Below are positions 16,520 through 31,018 of a stretch of DNA of 64,000 bases, piece by piece; the stretch's first letter is position 1, and every line of letters begins with the position of its first letter. The position numbers were made by a program, and so were the translations under genes. Below the pieces are notes generated by a model, which did not search any database, was not told the DNA's origin, and worked only from the letters and a program-made list of their open reading frames with translations. Source of the stretch: Chrysomallon squamiferum (Eukaryota; Animalia; Mollusca); the NCBI GenBank assembly GCA_012295275.1, contig CM022679.1, positions 26,474,001 through 26,538,000 of the forward strand. The letters run 5' to 3'.

Positions 16520-16753
16520 TAATTCAATAATCACAGTTTTATATATATATACACAACACACATACACAAATTAGCATTGTTTTCCTATATATACAAATAC
16601 TATCTGTAAATATACTCACCTCAAATGTGTAGGATTATTTTATTTTTATCTGCAATATCCCAGTCGATGGCACTTACTGTTTTAATTAGCTGTGGACTGG
16701 AATTCTGAAAATAATTATATTCACACGTGTACAAAACTGTTATTATATGTATG

Positions 16754-16805
<52 letters not shown>

Positions 16806-19448
16806 TGTATGTATGTATGTATGTAGTTATGTAGGTATGTACGTGGATGGATGGATGGATGGATGGATGGATGGATGGATGGATGTAAGTGTAATTTGTG
16901 GATGTATTTATGTCTGTCTGTCTGTGTGTTTGTCTATATATTATGTATGCATGAATCATATGTATGTATGTATGTATGTGTAATATATGATATACATATG
17001 TATGATATACATGAATATATGAGTTTGTGTGTATTTCTGTATCTAAATCTAAAACGCCTTACTTCGTCAATGCTAACTGTGTAAGGCAGGTTTTCGAACT
17101 CTGGAGATTCGTCATTGACGTCCATGATTTGGAACGTTATATGTATCTGTTTAGTAAAATGAAAGAAACATTATATCATAAAAAGATAATAACTCAGTTT
17201 CATTAATTAAGAGATTTTCATCTGCATAATGGTATTAATGCTAGCCTAGTGAATGGGAACTTGAACGTTCATAAACGGAATCGTACAATAGACCATTAAA
17301 AAAAAAAAAAAAATATTTAATATTTAATATTATATTTTAAATATATAAAAATAACTACAAAATTGCAAAGTCTTTTTCGATGTTTTACAAAACTGACCAG
17401 ATTGAATATCTCAGATTTATTTAAATGAATCCAAAATGATTATGTTAAGTTTATTTGATGTTTCATTTAGATTGAGGATCTAGAAATTAATATTTCAAAT
17501 GCCATAAATTATATTACCTTGAATTTGCCTACTAATATCTGAACATATTTCAGGATAAGGATAATACAAGAATAAAATAAACAAATAATCAATATTCATT
17601 CTGGTTATCTTACCTTTATAGTTGTTTATCTTACTGTTTGTTTCTCCATATGTCTCTTTGTCGTTTGGTCTAGGTCGGTCTGTCTGTAACCGCCCATCTA
17701 TATCCATCTGTTTGTTTGTTTGTCTGTCTATCTGTCTGTCTTTCTTTTTGTCTGTCTGTCTTTATACCTATCTTTATCGGTGTTTAAATATCTGGAAAAC
17801 AAATTGTTTCTGTCATCAGAAGAACAATTTTTGTAAATTCGGGTTTGTAAAATGTGTATATATATATAAATATATATAGACAAATCGACAAATAGATAGA
17901 TAGATAAAGTAAGACAGACAGACAGGGTCAGATGGATTCTTTGAATAAATATTATTTATAAATATGTCATTCTACGGTATATCTAAATCTATCTATCTAT
18001 CTATCTGTCTTTCTCCATCAATCCATCCACCGTTTATCCACTCATTCACACATCTGTCTGTTTGTCTGTATTGTTTTCATGTGTATTATATCTATCATTT
18101 TGCACATAAATTATATGTATCAATACTATCTCATTATAATTGTAATGGACAATTAACGTATACTTACATTGTCGGGCATTCTGTCGAAATCTAGTTTTTT
18201 GTTTAGAATCAGAGTGAAGTTTATCCCATCCGTTGTCAGATTCAAAAAGTTATCTGGACTGTGTTTTAGACTTATTTTGAATGGACCAGATTTGAATATG
18301 AATCGGACATAGAAAGGACCAAACACATGTCCTGTACATGAAAATGAACAAAATCAAACTTTTAAGTGAAAAAATTTTACATCCTTAGAATCTTTTTCAT
18401 TCATTATTTATTTTCTAAAACTGTTCTTTTTCTTTTATTGTTTATTATCATCTACTAGATTATGATTACTGATTATTTTTACTACTATTTATTTATTTAA
18501 TTTGTTTATTTGTTTATTTATTTATTTGTTTGTTTGTTTGTTTATTTATTTATTTATTTATTTATTTATTATTTATTTATTTATTTATTTTATTTATTTA
18601 TTTATTTATTTTTATTCATTTGTTCATTGTTACTGTGATGTGGTAGTGTTGGAGTGTTGGATATGATAATTTATAAATAATTTAATTATATTTTATTTTT
18701 ATTTACACAGATAAATAATATTGAAATGATTCATGAATGAAACGTACCAACAGGGAAACTTTCTTTAACGTTATAGAACGTTTCAGGTTTTATTTGTATT
18801 ATGCTTAAACAGCCTTTAAAAAAACAAAAATAATAATAATAAAAAATAATAAAAAAAAAATAAAATAAATAAATAAAATAAAATAAAAAATAATCAATAA
18901 TAAATAATAAAAAAACAATAAATAACTTATTATTTTAAATCATGATCATTATTAAATCACGTCATTTTCATAGATTATTATCATGAAAAAAAAAAAAAAA
19001 AATAATAATAATAATAAGAAGAAGAAGAAGAAGAAAAAGAAGAATATTAAGAATTAGAAGACCATGAAAAGCATCCGATATTTGTAGCTTAAAAGAAAAG
19101 AAATAAAAGCAGCCATTAGCAAACACACAAACAAATACATACGCATTTTCAACTAAACACACATTCACATACACATACATACACACACACATATACACAC
19201 ACACACATACATACATACATACATACATACGTAATCATACACCAAATAAAAAATACATAGACATGAATAATAAACTTTATGCACAACTCTCTAATAATAT
19301 CTACACTTTTAACAATTAACTACTTAAAAATCTTTGCCTTAAAAAGATTATTTTTCTGTTCTTTAAACTAACATTTTGGATGATACTTACCATCTACAAA
19401 AAAAAGTAAAACACCAATCTGAAGAAGTAGGCTTTTCATGACCATCAT
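233..19448 (-). CDS. Cadherin-related protein (Cad87A / cadherin-23 / CDHR-like), 5' part; 3' end lies beyond the left edge; contains frameshifts
   Basis: GT-AG exons in transcript order: 19391-19448 ([19 protein letters not shown], signal peptide), 18748-18813, 18168-18331, (probable unresolved exon ~17500-17850), 17063-17146, 16620-16704, 15654-15659 (microexon?), 14620-14742, 14214-14333, 13772-13853, 13275-13396, 12790-12828, 12001-12183, 11443-11592, 10577-10741, 10183-10247, 9120-9364, 7698-7937, 6747-6819, 5030-5469, 4536-4674, 4002-4156, 3710-3865, ~3286-3467, 2417-2481, 1368-1603, 939-1187, 233-305. Eleven DxNDxxPxF-type linkers plus LDYE/LDRE and AxDxD motifs. The EC2 linker DLQDSAPYF and EC3 AFDGDTG resemble the CDH23/Cad87A group (family assignment from recall). 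Confidence 0.92.
15654..15659 (-). CDS. Candidate 6-nt microexon (Ala-Gln) in cadherin EC2
   Basis: Minus strand reads ttcttctcgaacag|GCTCAG|gtaagt. It is phase 0 and lies between exons 16620-16704 and 14620-14742. Confidence 0.55.
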
Positions 19449-20111
19449 GTAAAGTCTGCAAATTAACACACAAAATAAAACATTTACATTAAACCAGAAA
19501 TGAATAAAACTTGTCAGCACAGTTAGGCCTACATGTCAAAATCTAACGTAGTACTCTTCAAGAGTACTTTGATACGACTGGATTAAAGATTATAATTCTC
19601 GTCTGTTTGATAACAAAGATTTGTCTCAAATGAATAAAACACAGATATAATAAAATACAGTTATCTGAACTGAAGATAATATTTTGCAGTTACAAATATA
19701 ACGTCGTCTGTTCTGAGATGACCTGACCTGATTCGAATTTGTGTTGAAAATACGCCAATAAAAGAAGAAATCTGTTACAGTACAAATTTTACGATTACGT
19801 CTTGCGATCCGCTAAATATTGTGCATTCTTTAATTATTATGTACAGGGACCTTTTAAATGCAGAGATATCACTAGCTGTGTTCTAAAGAGAAAGGTTGAA
19901 AATGTCAACATCGTAAATTAGTTAACCGTCTAAAATTACAAATCTGTAAAATATTCCCAAACATTTATTTATTTTCCAATAATAAAAAAATATATAATAA
20001 TAATAATAATAATAATAAAATACGTGCTGTATAATATTTAATAATATCGTAAATACAATATATATATATATATATATATAGATAGATAGATAGATAGATA
20101 GATATACTTAC

Positions 20112-20330
20112 CAATAACAGTAACGGCAGGTTAGCCGTTCAACGCCAATATGTCAGTGGGTTCTGTTGTAAAGCGCAATATCACTGTCACGTGATTTTCC
20201 TAGAAATGAAACGAGATGTCGTTCATCGAACAAGACGAATATGAAGTGTATCAATGGGTGTAGCAGCAAGACAAAGTTCACACTCATAGTGTTACACTCA
20301 CTCGACTGTCAGTACAAACCGATATTCTTA
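20112..20330 (-). other. Probable non-coding first exon / promoter-proximal region of the cadherin gene
   Basis: Perfect donor (G|gtaagt on the minus strand at 20111) just upstream of the ATG exon, whose acceptor is at 19456-19457. The region is locally CpG-richer. The 5' limit is approximate. Confidence 0.5.
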
Positions 20331-20442
20331 ATCTGTCACGAAAACATTTAATCATATCATAAAACGACGACGAAAATATTTGTACAGATAGCAGGAGTGT
20401 CTCTTTCGTGTTTTAAATAATTTTGTTTTATTTTATTTGATT

Positions 20443-20532
<90 letters not shown>

Positions 20533-20745
20533 GCATTTTGTTAATATTATAAGAACTAACAACCATACCAAATTTATTATTTGCTGAATTGTTTTAATAA
20601 TAATAAACAAATAAAAGTAATATAATATATGTATATATATAATCCTTATTTTATTATTTTTCTTTATTTATATTTAAATTGATTTTATTTTATTCTTTTT
20701 CTTTATTTCTTTATTTATATTCTATTTATTTTATTTTATTTTATT

Positions 20746-20810
<65 letters not shown>

Positions 20811-21019
20811 ATGGGTTTGGGGGCCTTTTTCTACTTCCACCTGTTTTTTTTATCAGTGTTTCCGTTACTTTACGTACGATAACTGTTCGTTTGTGTCTGC
20901 AGTTTCTCAGTGATTTCTGATAACAAGCTGACAACCCTGTCACATTACAGAGATAACCGCTCTCTTTCTCTTCTGATATATATATATATATATATTTGTT
21001 AATCAGATCTAATCAGATC

Positions 21020-21098
<79 letters not shown>

Positions 21099-22282
21099 TA
21101 TTTATTTTATTTATTTATTTATTTATTTATTTCTGACATTTACTTATTTATATATTTAGTTTTCATTTATGTACATTTAATTTTTATTTATTTATTTAAG
21201 TTTTTTGTTTTGTTTTTTCGGTTTTTTTTTTTCAATTAATTAATTAACTGACGCTATATAATTTTCTATACATTCACATTTTACTTAATTATTAATGAAT
21301 TAAGTTATTTATTTCATTTAAGCACAATGCAGGCTGTACTGAATCTACCTGTCCTGTGTCATGTTTTTATTAGCTTTTAGTCCTTGAATCCAGCTATCAG
21401 TTTCTGTTATCGTTTATGCGATACACTCACACACAAACACACCTCTTATAGTGTTAAGGTGTCTAACGAGGTTACTTTAAAAAAAGATAAAAAAAATAAA
21501 AATAAAAATAAAAAATAAAAATACAGTAACGAACAGAGATTACAAACAAAATGTCACTGAATTAGGATCTAGAATAGCATTAATAATGGGTCATGTTGCA
21601 GAGTTAAGCTGATTATCGAGGTCAATGAAATTATTATTATTATTATTATTTTTTTTAAATACCACAATACAAATTACATTCAAAAATCATAGAATAAAAA
21701 CATTGAAATAAAATCGAGAACACCGCTAATAAATCAAAATTTGTTAATTTTTTATAACCGTTGTGTCTGCTTTGGTTTATCTGCATCAATAAAAAAATCG
21801 GGGCAAAGTGACCGCAATGGAATCTGTGAAATCGGTGGCTGTTACCTGGAAACTCAAGTGTACGAAGATAACGTATGCCGCCATTATTCAGCTGACAATT
21901 AATGTCGACAATACTACAAACAAATGCACACGTACACATATTCCATATTGTTAGAGATACTTAATAAATTTAAACTGTTTCCATAAGCACGCCATTATTA
22001 GCCCGTTTACACCCAAATTGTTATTGCTTATTAGTTGTTGTTTTTTTTTATTTTTTTATTTGATTATTTTGTTTATTAATTAATTTATTTATTTATTTAT
22101 TTACTTATTTCCTTCTTTATTTTTTTTTTCTTGCTTTTCTGTTAACATGTTTTACACTTATTTTGTGAAAAATCTGAAAACTGTGATTTAAAGAATAAAA
22201 TTAACCTGTGATCAGGCGACCAACACACGGCATCTCGGACTTTCATTATTAAAACAGTTTTATTTAGTTTGTTAGTTATTGA

Positions 22283-22638
22283 ATCAGTCAGTCAGTCAGT
22301 CAGTGAATCAGTCACTCAGTCAGTCAGTCAGTCAGTCAATCAGTCAGTCAGTCAGTCAGTCAATCAGACAGTCAGTCAATCAGTCAGTCAGTTAGTCAGT
22401 CAATCAGTCAATCAGACAGTCAGTCAATCAATCAGTCAGTTAGTCAGTCAATCAGTCAATCAGACAGTCAATCAGACAGTCAATTAGTCAGTCAATTAGT
22501 CAGTCAGTCAATCAGTCAGTAAGTCAGTAAGTCAGTCAGTCAGTCAATCAGTGAGTCAGTCAGTCGGTTAGTTATTCAACCATCAGTCAGTTAATCAGTC
22601 AGTCAGTCAGTAAGTCAGTCAATCAGTCAGTCAGTCAA
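22283..22638. repeat. (CAGT)n / (CAAT) degenerate tetranucleotide microsatellite
   Basis: About 350 bp of cagt/caat/caga units, directly visible. Confidence 0.95.
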
Positions 22639-23406
22639 ACAGGTCATTTGTCTGCAAGATTATATATTATCTACTTTTATACACGTGTGGATCTCTGTAC
22701 GGGTGAGTACGTGTATACATGTGCATGAATGACTATTTTTTTGTGTGTAGTTTCTCAGTTTGTGTGTACCTCTGAACGCTCGTAGTCATTGATTACATAT
22801 ATACATGTATATCTATTCACATACACATACGCACGCATATGCAGACAAACATACATATAAAAAAGATATAAATACCTCCCACACACACACACACACACCC
22901 ACACACACCCACAAACATAATGGACTCCGTGAAAACCAGCTTTTGACTAATCCGGATGTCTGTGTAAACCGGCACCATTTCAAAGTCCTATTCAGCTATG
23001 CTAATCTGTTATGAACACAACCTTGACTAAGATGGATGTGTAAATTCGGGTGTAAATTCCAGAAGAAAAGAACAATTTATATAGTAATTAACATGGTCAA
23101 CAATGGTTACGATCGCTTCTCAAATAAAGACGACACTTTGCACATAATTAGACTGCTGTAATGAGACGAAATGACCTCGCTTCTGCGAAGGCTCAATAAG
23201 CCATGATGTCATTCTTCTGTTATTTACTATATGCAGCTAGATGAACAAGATTATTATTAGCGTGTGAATTTTTCTCATTTAAATTCAGTGTCGAAAACAG
23301 AAATCTGCATAAATACATATTTTGCGTCAGATCCAAAATACGGATACTGTCGTAATATAAAGATACGGAAACCGATAAATAAAAGCCAGTATACTTTTAC
23401 TTTTCT

Positions 23407-23477
<71 letters not shown>

Positions 23478-24310
23478 TAAATAAATAAATAAATTATAAA
23501 AATAAAAATATCAAAAATATAATAAAATAAAATAAAAACGAAGAAAAATAAAATCTTACTGTTTTTACGCAGCTTGTTTTTTGTTCTGTTTAACAGACTG
23601 ATTTATTTGTTTTTAATAAAATCGTTTAAGTTACAAATGAAGAAATAATGATAAATGACTAATATTTTTATTTGCTTGTTTAAGTTTCTCCTCGATCTTG
23701 TTTCTGGATGGAATGCTTTTTGAAAGTTGCTGATATCATTTTCAGTGATGTTGATTCTGTTTCAAATTCCGTATTCAAATATATTGAATTTTGTACAATT
23801 TTTGAAATATTCCGATATTCAAGCAATAATAATAATACAAAAAAATTAATAATAATAATTAATAAATAATAATAATAATTAATATTAATAATAAGAATAA
23901 TGGTTAATAATAATTATAATTATAATGAATTTTAATAATAAATAGTAATAGATAATTATCGAATTAATTAATAATAATAATAAACATTTTAAGTACAGCA
24001 CGAAGCTGATCCATTATTTAACATAAGCGCATTAGATGCCTAGCTCATTAAAACTGCGTAGATTCGCAATGTATTTTATGCACCCCATCTATGACTATCA
24101 TGACAAGAATTCTGTTAACACATAATTAACTCGATCACGTTTTCCTGGTTGCCTTTATCAGCCAAACAACATGCTATTAAACATAGCTGATTACTCAGCT
24201 AATGACTGACGGTATGTGATATTAAATATTAAATATTTGTATTCATGAAAGAATTTAGATTGGAAAAACAGTTCTGAGGAAGAAAGAGAGAAACAGACAT
24301 ACAAACAGAC

Positions 24311-24381
<71 letters not shown>

Positions 24382-24670
24382 ATTTATTCATAAACATGTC
24401 AGATTTTCTTCACATTTTTATCTCATTCTGTTCAGTTTTCTGTCAAGTACGAAACCGAGAAAATATTTAAACAAGGTAAGTTGTCAGTTCTGGAAGATTA
24501 GATTAGCAGTTCGCAGTGACAGATCTAAAGTACTAACAATGTGTTTTATCTTCAAAATATAAAAGTATGGAGGCCCATATATGCCAACAGTATAATTTTT
24601 CTTTTGTATTTAAACAATAAAAAAAAAAATAAATAAATAAATAAATAAATATTAAAAAAAAAAAAATAAA

Positions 24671-24701
<31 letters not shown>

Positions 24702-24888
24702 TAATAATGAAGAACAAAATTAAAGAAAGTTTTACTGTTTTAACTCCACTTTTTTGTTGTTTTTTTTTTTTGTTTTGTTTGTTTGTTGTTCTTCTTGTTA
24801 TAAACAACTTCTAAACAGTACATTGATGTTAGTAGTAGACTAGAAGTGGTATAGGTCATCATCATCATCATCATGCTATAATCGTCAT

Positions 24889-24966
<78 letters not shown>

Positions 24967-25329
24967 AACTTTTCAATGGCCGTAATGACTTCTTAAAACA
25001 TTTAAAGTAAAAACCTAATAAACAACCTTATAGTCATAATTATAAAATAATTTATGTTATAACTGGAATCTCCTAACTTTTATAGCAGAGCGCTTATAAA
25101 AAAAAAAAAAAAAAAAAAAACAACAACGAAAAAACAAAAAAAACCATCACACTCTATAAATATTTTTTCAGCTCAAATTAGTAAATAGTTCGGTGATATT
25201 TAACATTGTACTGTATACAATAACGATTATCTCCCTTTGTCCAAAGAGGAAAATGGACAGTCAGAGTTACGAAGTAAAAATTAAATTCTTATAAAGTATC
25301 ATCTCATATGGATCTCAGCTAGAGTCCCA

Positions 25330-25690
25330 AGAAGGATTTTACAAAATGTATGGCAAATGCTATAATGTCTATGGGAAGGAACATATAAAAATGTTCATCC
25401 TGCTAACTGAAAAAAGAATAATCCATCGCTTGGATTTACGAACTCACTGTCCGAATTTCCTTTGCTATGTTTATGAGTCATATCAATTTCTTCCTTCCTT
25501 CAGGAATAATAATTACTTATTGTCCGGTTGGCACAGTGGTTAACTTGTCTGTCGTTGGACACTGAGGTACTGGGATCGCGTGGTGGGACCAACTCCTATT
25601 TGGAGCCAGTTGAAGATATGTGAGCATAATACGTATTTTCTTCTCTCAGACTAATACTAATCCAGAAAGATTTAATCTTAAAACGTGTTT
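25330..25690 (+). mobile_element. Degenerate SINE remnants, including a tRNA-derived head
   Basis: A-box-like TGGCACAGTGG at 25529-25539 followed by a degenerate B-box (gggatcgcg). The upstream segment (tgctataatgtctatgggaaggaacatataaaa) resembles, from recall, the core of molluscan RUDI/Meta-type SINEs. Confidence 0.4.
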
Positions 25691-25766
25691 AAAACTTAAA
25701 TAATGTACTGGTTGTAAATGTTGTCTTACTTATAATAGTGATAATAATATTAATAATAATAATAAT

Positions 25767-25799
<33 letters not shown>

Positions 25800-25911
25800 C
25801 AGCAGCAGCAGTAGAGGCGGTAGTAATAGGAGTAACAGTAAAAGTAGTACAGCAGCAATTACACTGGTAGTTGTTGATTTTCATATTGCTGCTGCAGTTT
25901 ATTATATATTG

Positions 25912-25960
<49 letters not shown>

Positions 25961-26815
25961 CCATTCTTCATGTTTTTGTAAATATATAAGCTTTTGTGTT
26001 TGACATAATTATATTCCTTTTTTTGTTTTTTGTTTTTCTTTTTTCCTTTTTCTTTTTCGTTTTTTTAATTTTTTTTTATTTAATTTAATTTTATTATTAT
26101 ATTATTTTTATATGATTATTTTCTCTACCCAATATTGGCAAATTGTACAGATCAAAATATTTCGTGCTGCCAATACAATACATAACAAAGACTGGATATT
26201 TTGTCATTTGTTTATTTGTTTCAGAGACACCATAAATGAAACAGGTTAAACAAGATATATATACATATATATACAATAACCATGGTTGTTAGTATCTGCC
26301 GAGTTATTTGTAAAAGCCAAACTACAATACCTGACTAAAATATATGCATACGAAAACAAACTAAACAGATGGTTATTGATATAGACTATCACTGATAGTC
26401 TTACTAAAAAAAAAATGTTTCGTTAATAATTTTCGGAAATAACTGCAAAAGTTTCCAAGATTTTTAACGAAACGTAAGTCATTGCTTAAACAAAAAAAAA
26501 AAAAAAAAAAAAAAAAAATTATTTTAGAAAATTATCAATAATTATGCTTACTTTGAAAATAAATAAATAAATGAAATATAAAATAAATAATAAAATAATA
26601 ATTAGGTAATACAAAATATAGATAAGTAAACAAATAAATAAATAATATTTATATACACACACAAACACACACACACACAGCCTACACTCAATGCGATTGA
26701 CGCAAGAAAAACAAATAATAATAAAACAAAATAAATAGATAATAATCCACACTGTCTTGTAACAGTATTTAAAAACAGTCATCAGCAAACTTTTGCTGTA
26801 ATAAATGATCGGTTA

Positions 26816-27365
26816 TCAAAACACTGCTGGCAAGTCACTGAAGTTATTCTTCAAGACATCTTCCATATCAACATAACTACATTCTACCCAAGCTAGCTCG
26901 CTTCCCGTCATAATGGATTGCAGTTCTTCATCAGAAAGTTGGTTTCTACTTAACTCAGCACAATTTCCCTGTTTCAGATCAAAGCAAGGCTGCAGTTCTC
27001 TGCAACAGTATTCCAGTTTACGTTCTTTGGCGTTGATTTTCTCTTGGTACTGTTGAAACGCCTGTGTAGGCGTTGTATTGCAGGATTGTCTTTGGTAATA
27101 CGCATTTTCAGAGCCTTGTTTTTCTCGCTCCAACAGCCCCACGTCTTCTGTATGAAACTGGAGGTGATTGTGAACGTTTTCCTTCAGCGGGAACGCTTCA
27201 GTCATCTCTTTTTCAAAGTTCTCCGACTCAAGGCAGTTGCATGTCTTCGACGAGAAGCAACATTTGTGAGCAATGAGACTTTTTTGCAATTTCCTCACTT
27301 GCTTTCGAAGACTTTCAGCTTCTTTTTCCAGAGAGCTTTTTCTAATGCACAGTTCAAGGTATCTC

Positions 27366-27435
<70 letters not shown>

Positions 27436-27590
27436 ATATTACAAATATAACATTTTGTTCTTTTATTATTTGTTTCGTTGATTTATTAACCTGTCTGATT
27501 ATTAACAAAAAGGTGTAATATATATCTTCTGATTTATTAAATATCTTATTATTGTTTATGTTATGTTATTGGCAACTGCTAAACTTTGTA

Positions 27591-27629
<39 letters not shown>

Positions 27630-28614
27630 CAACAACAACAATAACAATAACAGTCATAATAATAAAAAAAAAATAATAACAAACAAACAAACAAACAAAC
27701 AAACAAATAAATAAATAAATATGACAATAACATCTTTACTTTCTCAAGAACAGCCTGCAGCTCTTTTTTCTTTTTGCGACTTTTTGAAGCAGCGAGCCGA
27801 TTGTTTCTTCTTCGAGTTTCAAGTTTGATCTTTTCCTCTGGCGTCAGCTGTGAAATTAAGAAAAAAAATTTTACTAGACAAAGCACAGACAAGGACAGAA
27901 AACCCAGGACAACGATCTGGATACCAGGAATGTACGGCTTTGAAACTGCAGTGTACACAATACAAATGTGTCTGAATAATCAAGACACTTAACCGATAAG
28001 CAAATAAATTATAGTATTATGCTTCAAGTATAATAAATAGTATTGTAGAATGTAGACTTTTAGTTATAGCTCTTTGCAATTATTGGCTCATTGTTGATTA
28101 ACTGATTGATGGAGTCTGGTAATAGGTGGGTGAGAAAGTGAGTGAGATGGGGCAAGGAATGATGTTTTTTTTAATGGATGATTGAGTGGGTGTGTGATTG
28201 ATAATTTAATATTTTCTTTCTTTGTTTCACTTATTTATTTATTTATTTATAAATAGTAGTTAAATTATAATAAATGAATGGATGAATAAATAAAAAAAAT
28301 AATAATAATAAATAAATAAACAAATAAGTAAATAAATAAATAAACGTAATTCTTTTAATTCTAGTTCATTTAATTTGTGTTGAAATAGCGACTGAAGTAT
28401 TTTAATAAAATTGGCTTCAGTATTTTTTTTTTTTTTTCCAATACATACTTTCATTTATATATATGTGTGTGTGTATGTTGTTTTTATTAAAAAGGTGATT
28501 TTATTGAAAAGAATATGTTTAGTGTATGAATCTGAAACCTAAAACCTAGAACGTTTATATAAAACTGATAGTTTCACAACATGAGGTATGCATATTAATA
28601 CATGAAATAATTAA

Positions 28615-28665
<51 letters not shown>

Positions 28666-28889
28666 TGTGGGTGTGCGTTTGGGTGTCTCGCTCTATCGCT
28701 CCAGTTACATTAGAAAACAGTGCAGGAAAATCATTTCACAAAATTAAAATCTGATATTCAGTGATATAATAAATGTCTCACCTCGTACGAAGGTGTGGAT
28801 GGATAGTCCACAGTCAGCTCCTCTTGTCCTGACATAAGTCGCTGTAGCTGAATTCTTGCCCTTAGTTCAGCCTTCACAAGAGAGTCCAT
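26816..28889 (-). CDS. bZIP transcription factor A, ATF3/JDP2/Fos/BATF class (~254 aa)
   Basis: Exons 28782-28889 (MDSLVKAELRARIQLQRLMSGQEELTVDYPSTPSYE; ATF3-like KxELRxxIQ motif), 27740-27847 (108 nt; LTPEEKIKLETRRRNNRLAASKSRKKKKELQAVLEK) and 26816-27364 (five-Leu zipper ending LIAHKCC, then an acidic tail). All introns are phase 0 with GT-AG ends. Confidence 0.9.
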
Positions 28890-29169
28890 CTCGGTGTATT
28901 ATATCTGCACGATAGACAATTATAATAATAATAATAATAATAATAATTCCAACAACAATAACAGCAACAACAACCAAAGCAATAACAACAGTAATACTAT
29001 TAATAAGAATAACAACAACAACACAAAAACAATAATAAATAGTAATGTGATGATGGCGTTGATGATGGTGGTCATGATGATGATAAACAATAATAAAAAA
29101 AAATCTAAACAATTTTTAAAAATTAACCATAACAGCAACAAGAACGAGAACAAGAACAATAATAATAAT

Positions 29170-29209
<40 letters not shown>

Positions 29210-29255
29210 AACAACAACAATAATAATAATAATAATAATAGTAATAATAATAATG

Positions 29256-29286
<31 letters not shown>

Positions 29287-29551
29287 CAACAACAACAACA
29301 ACAACACTAATCAATGATAACAACAAAATAATCTTTTTAAAAAAAAGAAGTAAATAAATAATAACAACCGTAATGGAATAAAAATAATGGTTCCACATTC
29401 AGAAGCAATATGATGTAATGTTATACGTTATAGCTACTTATAAATGAAACAAAAATAATTACTAACGCTTTTTGTTAGACAATTTAAAAAAAAAAAAAAA
29501 ATGTAAGAAGAAAATTGTGCTGTTACACTTTTTTCTGAAGTCTAAATAATA

Positions 29552-29584
<33 letters not shown>

Positions 29585-29759
29585 TGCTACTAATTTATTT
29601 ATTATTAATGTTGCTGCTGCTGCTATTACTACTAATAATAACAGTAATAATAATGTTAATACTAATAGAATAATAAATATAGTATTATAATAATAATAAT
29701 AGTATTAGTAGCAGTGACAATAGTAGTAGTAACAATAATAATAATAGCAACAGCAGTAA

Positions 29760-29790
<31 letters not shown>

Positions 29791-30557
29791 ATGTAATTCT
29801 TTTAATTCTAGTCTATTTAATTTGTGTTGAAATAGCGATTGAAGTATTTTAATAAAATTGGCTTCATTAAAATTATTTTTGTCTTTTCCAGTAGATACTT
29901 TCATTTATGTATGTCTGTGAGTGTGTGTGTGTGTGTGTGTGGGGTACGTGTGCGTGTGTGAATTGTATTTATTTTTTTATTCATTCCATATTAAAGTAAG
30001 TTTATGAAAATATATATTCAGATAATCTTTTACTTAACTGATTGGCCACAATTTCCTCCAGATTCGTCTAAAAGAATTAAACTCCTATTCTAATATAACT
30101 GTTATTATGCATTATCATCACATCATCATCATCATTATCATCATCGTTTTTTATTATTATTACTGTTGTTACTGTTGTTGCTGTTATTGCTGTTGTTTGT
30201 ACTGCTGCTGTAGTTCTTATTTTCTTTAGTATTATTTATTAACTTATTGCAAGCGAAATTAAAAGTTTAAAACGCAATTCAAACTTTAACAGTACTGCAC
30301 ACAAACATTTATACTTAAAACCTTAGCATTAAAAAACGTTTCGTCAAAAATAGTTGATTTCCCGCAGGATCAAATGATAATTATTTTATTGCATGGAAAA
30401 TATATTTAATCTACTGATAAATTGCAATTGCGGGTGCGCCTGTGTGCATATTTTGTGTGTGCGCGTGTGAATAATGATAATAATAATAACAATAATAACA
30501 ATAATAATAATAATAATAATATTAATGACGATGATGATAATTACTAAATTATTTTAC

Positions 30558-30850
30558 CTGCACAAATGAAACGGTAATCCTCTGCGACTGAGTTTAGCTG
30601 CTGTTTAACTTGCACAACTTTGAAGCATTAACTCGCTAGTTTATTCTAGAATGTGAGCTTGTGTGTAGAATTGGTAACTTATATTCCAAACCCAGATTTA
30701 ATTCCGATTTAGCATTCGTTAGCTGGCGTTAGAGAAAAATCGGGAAAGTAACAACGGGGTTTATTTAAATGGGAATTACCGTGACTATTTTTAGCGCCAC
30801 TATCCAGGGTTTTCCAGCATGTGACTGTTTTCCCGAGGAAAAAAAAAATA
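30558..30850 (-). promoter_or_regulatory. Putative 5' UTR exon and promoter of bZIP A with clustered kB-like sites
   Basis: Donor CAG|gtaaaa (minus strand) at 30557. TATAAG on the minus strand at ~30677-30683. kB-like GGGAATTACC at 30771-30780 and GGGTTTTCC at 30807-30815. Confidence 0.5.
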
Positions 30851-30953
30851 TGTCACATGGAAGATCACGCCATACTACACAGCTAATCAAATTTAAATAT
30901 TTCTTGTGCTGTTATAATTTTGCTGTAACTCCTCCTCTGTAATAATAATAATG

Positions 30954-31018
<65 letters not shown>

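Noticed and set aside
17500-17850. Possible missing cadherin EC1 exon
   Set aside because: The domain probably needs an exon here, but no candidate had both clean splice sites and an open frame, so none was called.
19551-19567. Short palindrome gtactcttcaagagtac, and a small hairpin at ~31410-31431
   Set aside because: Too short to exceed chance expectation in 64 kb; no supporting context.
22269-22487. SQSV-repeat ORF
   Set aside because: Translation of the (CAGT)n microsatellite.
25522-25600. tRNA gene
   Set aside because: It has an A-box-like start but no convincing cloverleaf or TTC B-box; better explained as a SINE head.
28260-29904. Two similar ORFs (28260-28454, 29662-29904) as a small gene family
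   Set aside because: They arise from a duplicated intronic element running into (ATTT)n microsatellite, inside introns of bZIP A.
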